This document shows positions 15,000-24,144 of a DNA stretch of 64,000 nucleotides, piece after piece. Below the pieces are notes generated by a model. It did no database searches and was not told where the DNA came from. It saw only the letters and a program-made list of their open reading frames with translations. How positions within the stretch are numbered: position 1 is the first letter of the stretch; each line of letters opens with the position of its first letter. The DNA is from Candidatus Nomurabacteria bacterium (GTDB lineage Bacteria; Patescibacteriota; Minisyncoccia; Phycocordibacterales; UBA9973), in contig CP064958.1 in assembly GCA_016699085.1 (NCBI GenBank), positions 345,375 through 409,374 of the forward strand, read 5' to 3'. A program made the translations under genes and the position numbers.

Positions 15000-16088
15000 T
15001 TATTTGAGCCCTTCTAGGAAACTAAACACTTTTTCATTCCTAAGAATATTCTCAACATAGAGCTCTGCTTGGAGCGGATCAGCATCTTTGTACATATCCA
15101 TAAGTTTCTTTACTTCGGTATCAATGTTTTCTTTTGGTACGGTAATATTTTCGACTTGGGCGATTTTGTTGAGTGTAAGCTCAAGTATTGCTCGGCGCTC
15201 GGCATCTTTTCTCCATTCCTCACGAAGAGATTCCTTGGTCTTCTTTACGTGCTTCAAGTAGTCGTCCATATTGAGTCCCATATTTGAAATGTCGCTCTCC
15301 ATGCGGTGGAACATTTTATTGAGTTCAGCTTCAATTAAAATTTCAGGTACATCGACTTTGACACCATCGATGATTTTCTCAACTGCTGCAATGCGTTTCT
15401 TCTCTTCTTCTTTATTCTTTTTCTCGAGTAGGATATTTTCTCGAATTTTTTCCTTGAGCTCATCAGCTGTTTTAAAATTACCAACAGCTTGGGCGAAAGT
15501 ATCATCAAACGGCGGCAATGCTTCCTCCGTTAATTCTGGATGATTGTGCTCATGCGATTCGCTAGTGTCGTCTTTGTGAAGTTCTTGATGGGCGCGCATT
15601 TTCCTGAATTCAAGTATTGCATCGTCGACTTCCTTCTCGGTTACTTCTGCCTTCACTTCTTTGCTAAAAGCCTCCGTAGCTATCTTTTTATAGTCGGGTA
15701 AGGTGAGCTCAGGCAGTACGGCGGTGCGGATTTTGAAACCGAGGGGATTATCTTTGGCAAGCTTGGTAATCATGATTTCAGGCCGGCCGATAGCGTCGAT
15801 CTTCTCACTCTCCAGGATTTCTGGATAGTGTTTTGCCATGGCAAGTTCTGCCATTTCCTCAAGGATCGGCATGTCGCCGATTTGTTTGCGGAATACATCA
15901 ACAGGGACTTTGCCTTTACGAAAGCCAGGCATTTCGAAATTTGCGAGCAAATGCTCGATAGCTTTGGTTTCGAATGTCTTGAATTCTGCTTCAGGTATTT
16001 CACCTTCGATCTCAATTCTGCTTTTTTCTAGTTTAGTGATTTTTGGTTGCATGGATTCGAGTGTACTTGGGAGAAGTGTTTTTGTCAA
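15000..16088 (-). CDS. tig: trigger factor
   Basis: N-terminal ribosome-binding signature PGFRKGKVP, PPIase and C-terminal chaperone arms; 362 aa. Confidence 0.85.
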   Translation of the reverse strand: MTKTLLPSTLESMQPKITKLEKSRIEIEGEIPEAEFKTFETKAIEHLLANFEMPGFRKGKVPVDVFRKQIGDMPILEEMAELAMAKHYPEILESEKIDAIGRPEIMITKLAKDNPLGFKIRTAVLPELTLPDYKKIATEAFSKEVKAEVTEKEVDDAILEFRKMRAHQELHKDDTSESHEHNHPELTEEALPPFDDTFAQAVGNFKTADELKEKIRENILLEKKNKEEEKKRIAAVEKIIDGVKVDVPEILIEAELNKMFHRMESDISNMGLNMDDYLKHVKKTKESLREEWRKDAERRAILELTLNKIAQVENITVPKENIDTEVKKLMDMYKDADPLQAELYVENILRNEKVFSFLEGLK

Positions 16089-16119
16089 AAAGTGTTGAAA
16101 TGTATAAGATACAGAGCAA

Positions 16120-16452
16120 TTGACAATAATGATTTATTGTGATAATATGTCTTCAAACCTAAAAATAAAAAAAATGGAAAATGAATTTCTCAAAGTAAGG
16201 GTAAAACTGATTAAAGCAATTGGTGAAAAAAGATTTGATAATATTATGGACAGTATGAATGAGTGGAAAGAAGCAATAAAATTACTTGTACTTTCTGCGG
16301 AAGAAAAAGAAAATGGCAGTGGAGAAAAAATTGAGAATTTACTAAGGGAAATTTCCAACAGTTCTTTCCTTCACACTTCTGCAGTGAACGGTAAGCCAGA
16401 GAAATTAATAAAAGCTCTGGAGGAATTAAGGGATAAAATTAGTTTTGCATAA
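16120..16452 (+). CDS. hypothetical protein
   Basis: 110-aa Lys/Glu-rich ORF; real start may be the internal MENEFLKV. Confidence 0.35.
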   Translation: MTIMIYCDNMSSNLKIKKMENEFLKVRVKLIKAIGEKRFDNIMDSMNEWKEAIKLLVLSAEEKENGSGEKIENLLREISNSSFLHTSAVNGKPEKLIKALEELRDKISFA

Positions 16453-16526
16453 TGTTTCTATGAAGAATTTACAAAAAAGCGCTCAGATTTTTTCTGGACG
16501 CTTTTTCTTTTGCAAAATTTATTTTT

Positions 16527-17114
16527 TTATTCCTCTAACTTCGGAGCGTAGTCACTCTCGTAACGAGCAGCACATTCATCGATAATCTTTTTTGCTTCGG
16601 CTGCGTCAAAGAATCCCAAGACTTTACATGTGCCGGGTTTCTTGAGGTCTTTGTAGTGCTCGAAATAATATTCAGTCTCCTTTTTCCAGTGTTCGCCGAG
16701 TTGATCGAGAGAGGTGAGGTGATCCATGCGCTTGTCATCTGAGAGTACAGTGATCACTTTATCATCACGCTCGCCCGCGTCTTCAAATTTCATAATACCA
16801 ATAACACGAGCTTCAACGAGTGAGCCAGGCACTAATGCTTCGGTGACGTCAACAACGATCATATCGAGAAGGTCGCCATCTTGGTCCCAGGTCTTAGGAA
16901 TCGCACCATAGGCAACAGGGTACGCGAGCGATGAGTAGCCGACGCGATCGAGCTTGAGATGGCCGGTTTCAGTGATGAGCTCGTATTTATTGATCGAACC
17001 AGAATTTATTTCGATAATTGCATTCACAGTATTGTCGTCTTTGTTTACATAGGGATCGAGCACATGCTGGAGATTGAGCATGTATTTTGATGGTTTGTGG
17101 TTTATGTTGGCCAT
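16527..17114 (-). CDS. ppa: inorganic pyrophosphatase (family I) with C-terminal extension
   Basis: NAIIEINSGSINKYE ... DGDLLDMIVV ... conserved Asp/Lys/Tyr residues of family I PPase; ~20 aa longer than usual. Confidence 0.85.
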   Translation of the reverse strand: MANINHKPSKYMLNLQHVLDPYVNKDDNTVNAIIEINSGSINKYELITETGHLKLDRVGYSSLAYPVAYGAIPKTWDQDGDLLDMIVVDVTEALVPGSLVEARVIGIMKFEDAGERDDKVITVLSDDKRMDHLTSLDQLGEHWKKETEYYFEHYKDLKKPGTCKVLGFFDAAEAKKIIDECAARYESDYAPKLEE

Positions 17115-17266
17115 GAGTTAAATAAGTATTAATTAATAATTACGAAAGATGAATTAAAATTCAGGAGATAGTATTTACTCGCGACAGTATCTTCTTTGCA
17201 GTGAGGACGAGTGCGACTTATTGACTGCGCCCCGCAACAAAAAGAGATATTGTTGCGAGTACTTTA

Positions 17267-18592
17267 TTATTCGCTTTTTTGTTCCTCTGGTTCTTCAGCG
17301 ATAGCTACAGTAGGTTCACCAGAAACATCTTCATTTACTTCTGCGGGAACATCTTTAGTTGCACTTTTCTTTTTAGTTTTAGGTTTCGTGTCAGCATTTT
17401 CATCAGCAGATTTTTCTTTGGTGAGGTCTCCGAGTGATACATAGCCTTCATCGTCGCCATCGACTTTCTCTGAAACATCTTCACCCTTGATACCTTTGAT
17501 ATCGATGCGCCAACCAGTGAGTTTTGCTGCGAGTCGGACATTTTGTCCGCCTTTGCCGATAGCAAGACTGAGCTGATCATCTGCGACTTCAATGAGGGCT
17601 TTGTGTTCGTTTTCTTCCATATCAATATCGAGGACCTTGGCAGGCGAGAGTGCGCTTGCAACAAACGTAGAAATATTTTCTGACCAAGGAATAATATCGA
17701 TCTTCTCACCAGCGAGCTCATTCATAACGGTCGTCACACGAACACCGCGCTGGCCCACACATGAGCCGACTGGATCAACATGATCATCGGTCGACATAAC
17801 TGCCATTTTACTTCGGGAGCCTGCTTCACGAGCGATCGCTTTGATAACAACAACACCTGATGCGATTTCTGGTGCTTCGAGTTCAAAAAGTTTCTCTAAG
17901 AATTTTGGATGGGTACGTGAAAGTTTGAGTGTGATACCTCGAGGAGTTTCTTCGACGAGGTAGAGGTAGGCACGAATACGCTCACCACGGCGATATGATT
18001 CGCCAGGGATTTGTTCTTCGAATGGCAATATGCCTGTTGCTCGATTGAAATCAATATACACAATACCTCGCTCTATCTTTTGGACGACGCCGTTGATGAT
18101 TTCGCCTTCCTTTGTGCCGTATTCATCCATGATTGAACTTCGTTCAGCTTCTCTGATGCGTTGGATGATGACTTGCTTGGCAGTTTGTGCGGCAATACGA
18201 CCAAAGTCTTCTTTGGTTTCAAGTGGGAATATGATTTCTTCATCGAGTTCGATACCTTTTTTTATCTTGCGTGCGTCATCGATAAAGATATGATGTTCTT
18301 CGTTGTAACGCACACGCTCGTCGCCCTCTTCTGGCTTGTCTTCTTCATCGAGTATTTCAGGTGATACGACTCGTACAGTCGTGTCATCGACAACTTTTTT
18401 GACTTGGTAGAATTCGGTTGTGCCAACTTCGAGATCAAATTTAGCACGGATAATTTGGCCGCGTTTGCCGTATTCTTTCTTGTAGGCAGCTGCGAGAGAT
18501 TGCTCGATGGCATCTATGATTTTCTCTTTTGGAATCTTGCGCTCTTCTTCGAGCTGTTCAAGCGCTGATTTTAGTACTTTGAGGTCTAACAT
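17267..18592 (-). CDS. nusA: transcription termination/antitermination factor NusA
   Basis: N-terminal NusA domain, S1 domain, two KH domains ([11 protein letters not shown]..., [22 protein letters not shown]); acidic C-terminal tail. Confidence 0.9.
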   Translation of the reverse strand: MLDLKVLKSALEQLEEERKIPKEKIIDAIEQSLAAAYKKEYGKRGQIIRAKFDLEVGTTEFYQVKKVVDDTTVRVVSPEILDEEDKPEEGDERVRYNEEHHIFIDDARKIKKGIELDEEIIFPLETKEDFGRIAAQTAKQVIIQRIREAERSSIMDEYGTKEGEIINGVVQKIERGIVYIDFNRATGILPFEEQIPGESYRRGERIRAYLYLVEETPRGITLKLSRTHPKFLEKLFELEAPEIASGVVVIKAIAREAGSRSKMAVMSTDDHVDPVGSCVGQRGVRVTTVMNELAGEKIDIIPWSENISTFVASALSPAKVLDIDMEENEHKALIEVADDQLSLAIGKGGQNVRLAAKLTGWRIDIKGIKGEDVSEKVDGDDEGYVSLGDLTKEKSADENADTKPKTKKKSATKDVPAEVNEDVSGEPTVAIAEEPEEQKSE

Positions 18593-18685
18593 ATTATTGT
18601 ATTGTTATTAATTTTTAAGAAAAAAAGTCCGCTTCCGCGAACTTCTCTTACATCACTACTATAGCATTTTCAGAGAAATGTGCAA

Positions 18686-19060
18686 CTATTTTTTGTTGTT
18701 TTCTATAGTAGAAATACCGCCTTCGACAGCTATGGCTACTTGCTTGGCTTTATGATATGTCGAACGAGTTTGATCGCTTGCATTTGCTGTTGCCGCGTCA
18801 CCAACTTGTAGTAATACCCCCATTATTTTTTTGCGAGTTTCAGCTTTTTGCTCTGTTGTTTTCTTGGGCTTTTTATCATCTAGCGAAGTATCTATGTTTG
18901 CAAAGCTTTGGGTTGTGGCCACAGTCATAAGCAAGGCTGGAATAAGCATTTTCATTTTAGTAGCTGCTTTAGCGGCCAAACGCCCAATGTAGTTCTCTTT
19001 GGATTCTGCCTGGGAAGCAAATGATTGTTCTGGTGATTTCATATGTGGTGAGTATAGCAT
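18686..19060 (-). CDS. hypothetical secreted protein
   Basis: possible internal start at MKMLIPALLMTVATTQSFA (signal peptide), which would give 18686-18955. Confidence 0.35.
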   Translation of the reverse strand: MLYSPHMKSPEQSFASQAESKENYIGRLAAKAATKMKMLIPALLMTVATTQSFANIDTSLDDKKPKKTTEQKAETRKKIMGVLLQVGDAATANASDQTRSTYHKAKQVAIAVEGGISTIENNKK

Positions 19061-19130
19061 TTAGGAAATAAAAAAGCCCCTGATAGCATTTGCTAACAGA
19101 GGCTTACTAAAATGAAAAAACAAACCCAAC

Positions 19131-20441
19131 TCACTCTATCTTCTCGAAGCGGGCTACACTTCGTGCGTCCTTCGAAACTATAACTATCGTGTATATGCCT
19201 GTTGGCAAATCACCGATATCGAGCCTTACCTTAGAGCCAATTCCCACACTCGGTACAACAACTTGCTGTCCCAGTATATTGACGATCTTGATTTCGTCTA
19301 TATGGGTGACTACATCAACAGTAATTATATCGGTCGCAGGATTTGGGTATAGCTTTAGGGCCTGCACATTACGTATCTCATCTACAGCAGTAATTGTAAA
19401 CTCTGCTGTATCAAAGACATAAATGTCTACAAGGCCATTCCCGTTTATTGAGCCAATCATTGCATAGTACTTTTCCATGAAGGGTACTCCAACATCCTTG
19501 TATCCGATGCAACCATCGTCGTCGTAGGCTTTAAAAGTGCCATTAATTCCGATGTAATTTAGATTGCATGTTTCGACATCAATATCGTTAATACGATCAA
19601 TGACGCCAGTAATTAGCATTATACCTTTCCAGACATCAGTACTCAGCGCCCAGTGGCAGTCAATGAATGATTCAGATCCTACAGTGAGAATTCCCGTGCT
19701 TACGGTGAGATTTTCATCCATGAATTCGCCAACCAATATTGGTTGGTTAGATACGTTTGTGCGCACCTTAACCTTTCCTGGCTGGTATTGGGTCGGCAAT
19801 GTGATTTCCTCCCATATGTGACCCTCAACGCTGTACCTTTTCAGCTTTTCTTCGGGGAAGAAGATATTTTCTTCACCTTCCACAGTGTACAAGAAGCCAT
19901 CTATTACCATACCGGACTGCGTATTTAGAGTGGCCTGATTCCCAACGGGAATTACATTTCCCTCCAAATCGATTTCTACGATATGGTACACACTGTCTCC
20001 GTCAAAAGTTTTAAAATCACCAATGACGTACATTTTTTCCGGTGTTACGATTAGATCGTTTACTGGACCGTCTAAGATATATGGTGACGTCCAATGTTTT
20101 GTGGTGCCACTCATTTTTGCAAAATATTTGCAAGTGGAATTAATAAAATTTCCACCTACCCACCATGCATTGTTGAAGTAGGCACACACTTTTTTTTGAT
20201 CGCTTGATAAATCGACACCTTCTAATCCTGTGGTTGGAATAATTTGCTGCTGGTTTGCTGTCCAAAGAACTGCACCTGGTGTACCGCCAAACAAAAGAAG
20301 GGTATCTTTGTTTGCTGTGATTGATGAAGGAGCATTATTTGGCTCCCCTAATGCAAGGGGAAATTTCTGCGAAAATAATGTTTGTGCTGAAGCATTGATT
20401 GCTCCAACAAGAAGTATGAGCAATAAGGCTATATTTTTCAT
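19131..20441 (-). CDS. secreted protein with T9SS-type C-terminal sorting-domain-like tail
   Basis: signal peptide MKNIALLLILLVGAINASA; C-terminus LKLYPNPATDIITVDV ... ILGQQV ... LDIGDLPTGIYTIVIVSKDARSVARFEKIE matches the Por_Secre_tail pattern. Confidence 0.6.
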   Translation of the reverse strand: MKNIALLLILLVGAINASAQTLFSQKFPLALGEPNNAPSSITANKDTLLLFGGTPGAVLWTANQQQIIPTTGLEGVDLSSDQKKVCAYFNNAWWVGGNFINSTCKYFAKMSGTTKHWTSPYILDGPVNDLIVTPEKMYVIGDFKTFDGDSVYHIVEIDLEGNVIPVGNQATLNTQSGMVIDGFLYTVEGEENIFFPEEKLKRYSVEGHIWEEITLPTQYQPGKVKVRTNVSNQPILVGEFMDENLTVSTGILTVGSESFIDCHWALSTDVWKGIMLITGVIDRINDIDVETCNLNYIGINGTFKAYDDDGCIGYKDVGVPFMEKYYAMIGSINGNGLVDIYVFDTAEFTITAVDEIRNVQALKLYPNPATDIITVDVVTHIDEIKIVNILGQQVVVPSVGIGSKVRLDIGDLPTGIYTIVIVSKDARSVARFEKIE

Positions 20442-20595
20442 CTGATTTATTTTTTAAATGAAGAATCGATGTTTTGTACATTAAATCATATATTTTGTCA
20501 AATGTAAAGGGCTTTATCCACAGGTAAGTAGGTACCCAATTTGAGGCCTTTTTATAAGGCTGTGGTATACTTTAGGTCAATATAACTTATTTCCT

Positions 20596-20913
20596 ATGGA
20601 TCCAATACAAGCTCAATCATCACCAGTAGCTGATTCTCATAAACGCAAGCTTTTATGGCTTGGATTGGTTGTTTTACTTATACTAATAGGTGGGTATGCA
20701 TACTATACGAAGCATAAAAAACCAGTTCTTGATCCATCTTCAGTTGAAGCGCGACTAGAAGAACTCAATCGATTAGGAGAAACTTCCTCAAAAGAGCCAG
20801 TTACTCCAGAACAGCAAACACAAGAATTAGATAATTTAGCAAAATCATCTTCGGGGACTACAGTGACAACAGAAGACCAGATGAATGCTCTCAATAGTTT
20901 AGGTGGTCAATAA
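20596..20913 (+). CDS. small membrane-anchored hypothetical protein
   Basis: single TM LLWLGLVVLLILIGGYAYY then low-complexity S/T/E-rich tail. Confidence 0.4.
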   Translation: MDPIQAQSSPVADSHKRKLLWLGLVVLLILIGGYAYYTKHKKPVLDPSSVEARLEELNRLGETSSKEPVTPEQQTQELDNLAKSSSGTTVTTEDQMNALNSLGGQ

Positions 20914-20918
20914 ATAAT

Positions 20919-22331
20919 ATGAGACATTTTATTTTTGGTGCATATCTACTTATAGCATTGCTCGCCGTGAGTACTTTTCTCTATGCATCGAAAGCATTTG
21001 CTGGCTCGGGTGACAATGTCACTGGCTGGGCATGGGGTGAAGCGCAAATGCCAGACGGTAGTGCGGGGGGAATGGGCTGGCTTTCATTTAATTGTACCAA
21101 TGCTAGCTCTGGAGGTTGTTCACATCTAGATGATGCAATGCAAAATATCTCCACAAAATATGGTGTAAATGTCGACATGACGACAGGTTATATGACTGGT
21201 TATGCGTGGAGTGATAACTATGGCTGGGTACAGTTTGATGCTGGCTGTCCTTCTGGAACTAGTGGAGAATGTAATGCGAGACTTAATTTTACAACAAATA
21301 AATTAGTTGGTTTTGCTAGGGTCTTGATCGGTAATGGTCAGACAGATTGGGACGGATGGATAAGTTTAAATGCTGTGAATGATCAAGACCCAAGTTCAGT
21401 TGGGTCACAACCCTCTGCATTTGCGTACGGTATTTCATATGATCCAGCAACAGGGGCTCTCACGGGATTTGCTTGGGGTGGAGAAATGATAGGTTGGGTC
21501 AAATTTATTAATGTTGTTACTGCGGCACAATCAACTGATGGACTCGCCCTTATACCAACAGCAACCCCCGCTACTAATCTACAAGGACTTCCAAAAGTAA
21601 TTACTATCCCAACAGGAAATAAGGTATATCTCAATTGGTGGTCACCAAATGGTACCGTCTTTGATCATTGTGAAGCAATATCTACACAGGTAGTGCCCGC
21701 ATGGACCACCCTTGATTTTTCAGCTGGCTCTGCTAATTTGCCACCTCCGCCACCGGCTAATCCTACAATATTCAAATCAATTTCCGACATACTTGTTCCT
21801 ACAAGTGGGACAAAATACACACTCTCTTGTTATAAAACTCCATCAGCTACCAAGGCAACTACTGCCACAGCAACGGTAAACACTTCACCGACAATTACAC
21901 CTACTTTGTCCCTTCATATTAATGGATCGACAGCAACAAGTGGTACGGCTTTCCCGCCAACATACTTGATTGATCTTGGATTTGATTCTTCTAATCCTGA
22001 CTACAATCCAACTACGAGTTGTGTTGGTATAGGCGGTAGTACTGATTGGAATACGAATCTAGGCACATTAACTTCAGCAAATAATTATGCGATAAGTAAA
22101 ATAGGCGTTAGTGTGCCAACAAATCCGACAAATTTCCAAGTTAGATGTCTGGCAAATAATGGCACATGGATAACCTCGAATATTGTCACCGTTTCAAAAT
22201 TTACGGCAACTTGCCAAGACCCAACTGCAACAAACTACGGAGGATCATTGCCGTGTACGTATGGACAAAACCCAACTACAGGTGGAGGTGGGGGTATTGT
22301 GCCGATATATAATGAGCCGAGAAATTATTAA
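20919..22331 (+). CDS. secreted repeat-containing hypothetical protein
   Basis: N-terminal TM/signal; three Trp-rich repeats (GWAWGEAQ, GYAWSDNYGWVQFD, GFAWGGEMIGWVKF); T/S/P-rich C-terminal half. Confidence 0.5.
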   Translation: MRHFIFGAYLLIALLAVSTFLYASKAFAGSGDNVTGWAWGEAQMPDGSAGGMGWLSFNCTNASSGGCSHLDDAMQNISTKYGVNVDMTTGYMTGYAWSDNYGWVQFDAGCPSGTSGECNARLNFTTNKLVGFARVLIGNGQTDWDGWISLNAVNDQDPSSVGSQPSAFAYGISYDPATGALTGFAWGGEMIGWVKFINVVTAAQSTDGLALIPTATPATNLQGLPKVITIPTGNKVYLNWWSPNGTVFDHCEAISTQVVPAWTTLDFSAGSANLPPPPPANPTIFKSISDILVPTSGTKYTLSCYKTPSATKATTATATVNTSPTITPTLSLHINGSTATSGTAFPPTYLIDLGFDSSNPDYNPTTSCVGIGGSTDWNTNLGTLTSANNYAISKIGVSVPTNPTNFQVRCLANNGTWITSNIVTVSKFTATCQDPTATNYGGSLPCTYGQNPTTGGGGGIVPIYNEPRNY

Positions 22332-22370
22332 GCATTGTTTACTTACCATTAATTTAGTATTCTACATATT

Positions 22371-24074
22371 ATGAAACAAGAAAAAAATAATATATTGCAA
22401 AGTGCAAAAGTGATATTACTCGGACTCATCATTGCAGTCGGGGTTAGCTATGTGTCTGCATTCGTCGGTCCGACAGCAGATGCGCCTGGCAATAATGTGA
22501 AAGCACCACTTAATTCAAGTGAGACAAATCAGGCAAAAGATATTGGTTCATGTACGACTGGTAGCTGTGGTGGTATTGCAGTCGGAACATTTAATGCGTA
22601 TCGGGACTCTTCTTTTTCAGGTACAAACGTATATTTTGGTCTATCTGACCCTACTTCTCATGTTGGACCTGATCTCTTTCTCAAAAAATATAGTATTGAA
22701 GGCAGTACGGCCACAGATCCTCTTTGCGTACAGCGTTCTACTGGTAAAGTTGTGACATGTACTGGGTCAGCTCCAACAGTAACATTGACAGCTACACCTA
22801 CTTCAGTTACGAGTGGAGGCACCTCAACAATCTCAGTCAATTACACAGGAAGCAATTCCTCAAGCTGTCAAAAAAGTTCAACACCATCTAGCGCATGGAG
22901 TGGAACAGGTATAGCTTCTCAATCAATTAGTAACATCACAGCAACAACGACGTTTAATATTAGCTGTGATAGCGGATCGGTAACGGATAGTGTTGTGGTT
23001 ACGGTAGGCAGTGTACCTCTTCCTGTGATTACACTTACATCAGCGCTTGATCAAAGTGATGCATACGATGCATTAACAAAGACAATCAGTACGTCAGGTA
23101 TTACCGCAATCAGTTCTGTTTCAACAACAGACACAGTAGCCAATGATAGGAAGGTTTGGATGGCGCTTGCAACTACCAATGCGACTTCTTGCACATACAC
23201 TTCAAGTCCTTCATTTTCAACCTGGAACAGTGGATCAGCAACATCATTTAATGCAACAAGTTATGATTTGCCAAACTGGGGAACAAATTCATTTACGATT
23301 ACATGTTTGAATTCTGCTGGTCAGTCAGCAACAAAAACAGTCTCATTCATTGTTAAAGGTAAAATGACTTATGATGCAAACGGGTCATGGACAACGCCTG
23401 CAAATATTACTCAAATATTCTTTGAACTTTGGGGTGCTGGAGCTGGCGGAGCTGGTGGTGGTGGTGGAGCAAGTAATGGCACACAAAGTAATGCTGAAGC
23501 TGGAGCTGGTGGTGGTGGTGGTGAAAGTGGTCAATATAATGCCAGTTTGGTTACTAGTGCATCTGGAGCGTATACGCTAACAATCGGCTCAGGAGGCACA
23601 GGAGGTAATAATGGTAACGGAGGTGATCCAGGTACAGCAGGAAGCGTAGGAAGTGCAGGTGGTAATACAACAATTGCAGGTAGTGGGTTATCTTCACTTG
23701 ATACTATCGCAGAAGGCGGAGCTGGTGGTGGCGGAGGACAAGGTGGAGATCACAACAATGGTGCTTCTACTGGTGGCTACGCTGGAGGGTCACTTACCTC
23801 ACCAGGTGTTGGAGATAATCGAGTTAACGGACAAAGCGGTATAGATGGTCACCCTCAAAATATTAGTGGTTGTGGCATAGACAATGATAATGGCATAGGC
23901 GGATCTGGCGGAAATCCATCTGATCCAAATGCTAGTGCTGGAACCAAAGGTGTGGGTGGATCAGGTGGATCTGGTGGTCAACCAGGACCAGGTTGTGGCG
24001 GCGGTGGTGCTGATGGTACTGATGGAGCAAATGCTGCGGGCGGACGGGCAATCATCTACTGGCCATCAATGTAA
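22371..24074 (+). CDS. membrane-anchored protein with extreme Gly-rich C-terminal region
   Basis: N-terminal TM; C-terminal 200 aa dominated by GGxGG runs (WGAGAGGAGGGGGASNG ... GGAGGGGGQGG ...); followed by terminator 24096-24122. Confidence 0.5.
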   Translation: MKQEKNNILQSAKVILLGLIIAVGVSYVSAFVGPTADAPGNNVKAPLNSSETNQAKDIGSCTTGSCGGIAVGTFNAYRDSSFSGTNVYFGLSDPTSHVGPDLFLKKYSIEGSTATDPLCVQRSTGKVVTCTGSAPTVTLTATPTSVTSGGTSTISVNYTGSNSSSCQKSSTPSSAWSGTGIASQSISNITATTTFNISCDSGSVTDSVVVTVGSVPLPVITLTSALDQSDAYDALTKTISTSGITAISSVSTTDTVANDRKVWMALATTNATSCTYTSSPSFSTWNSGSATSFNATSYDLPNWGTNSFTITCLNSAGQSATKTVSFIVKGKMTYDANGSWTTPANITQIFFELWGAGAGGAGGGGGASNGTQSNAEAGAGGGGGESGQYNASLVTSASGAYTLTIGSGGTGGNNGNGGDPGTAGSVGSAGGNTTIAGSGLSSLDTIAEGGAGGGGGQGGDHNNGASTGGYAGGSLTSPGVGDNRVNGQSGIDGHPQNISGCGIDNDNGIGGSGGNPSDPNASAGTKGVGGSGGSGGQPGPGCGGGGADGTDGANAAGGRAIIYWPSM

Positions 24075-24144
24075 AAGTAAAATAAGTAAAAAATAAAAAC
24101 TCCGAAAGGGGTTTTTATTTTTTACCCACACAATTTGCGTCATA

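Noticed and set aside
16452-16527. Terminator between 16120-16452 (+) and ppa (-)
   Set aside because: AGCGCTCAGA-tttttt-CTGGACGCT pairs imperfectly (4 + 4 bp with internal mismatches). Too weak to call confidently.
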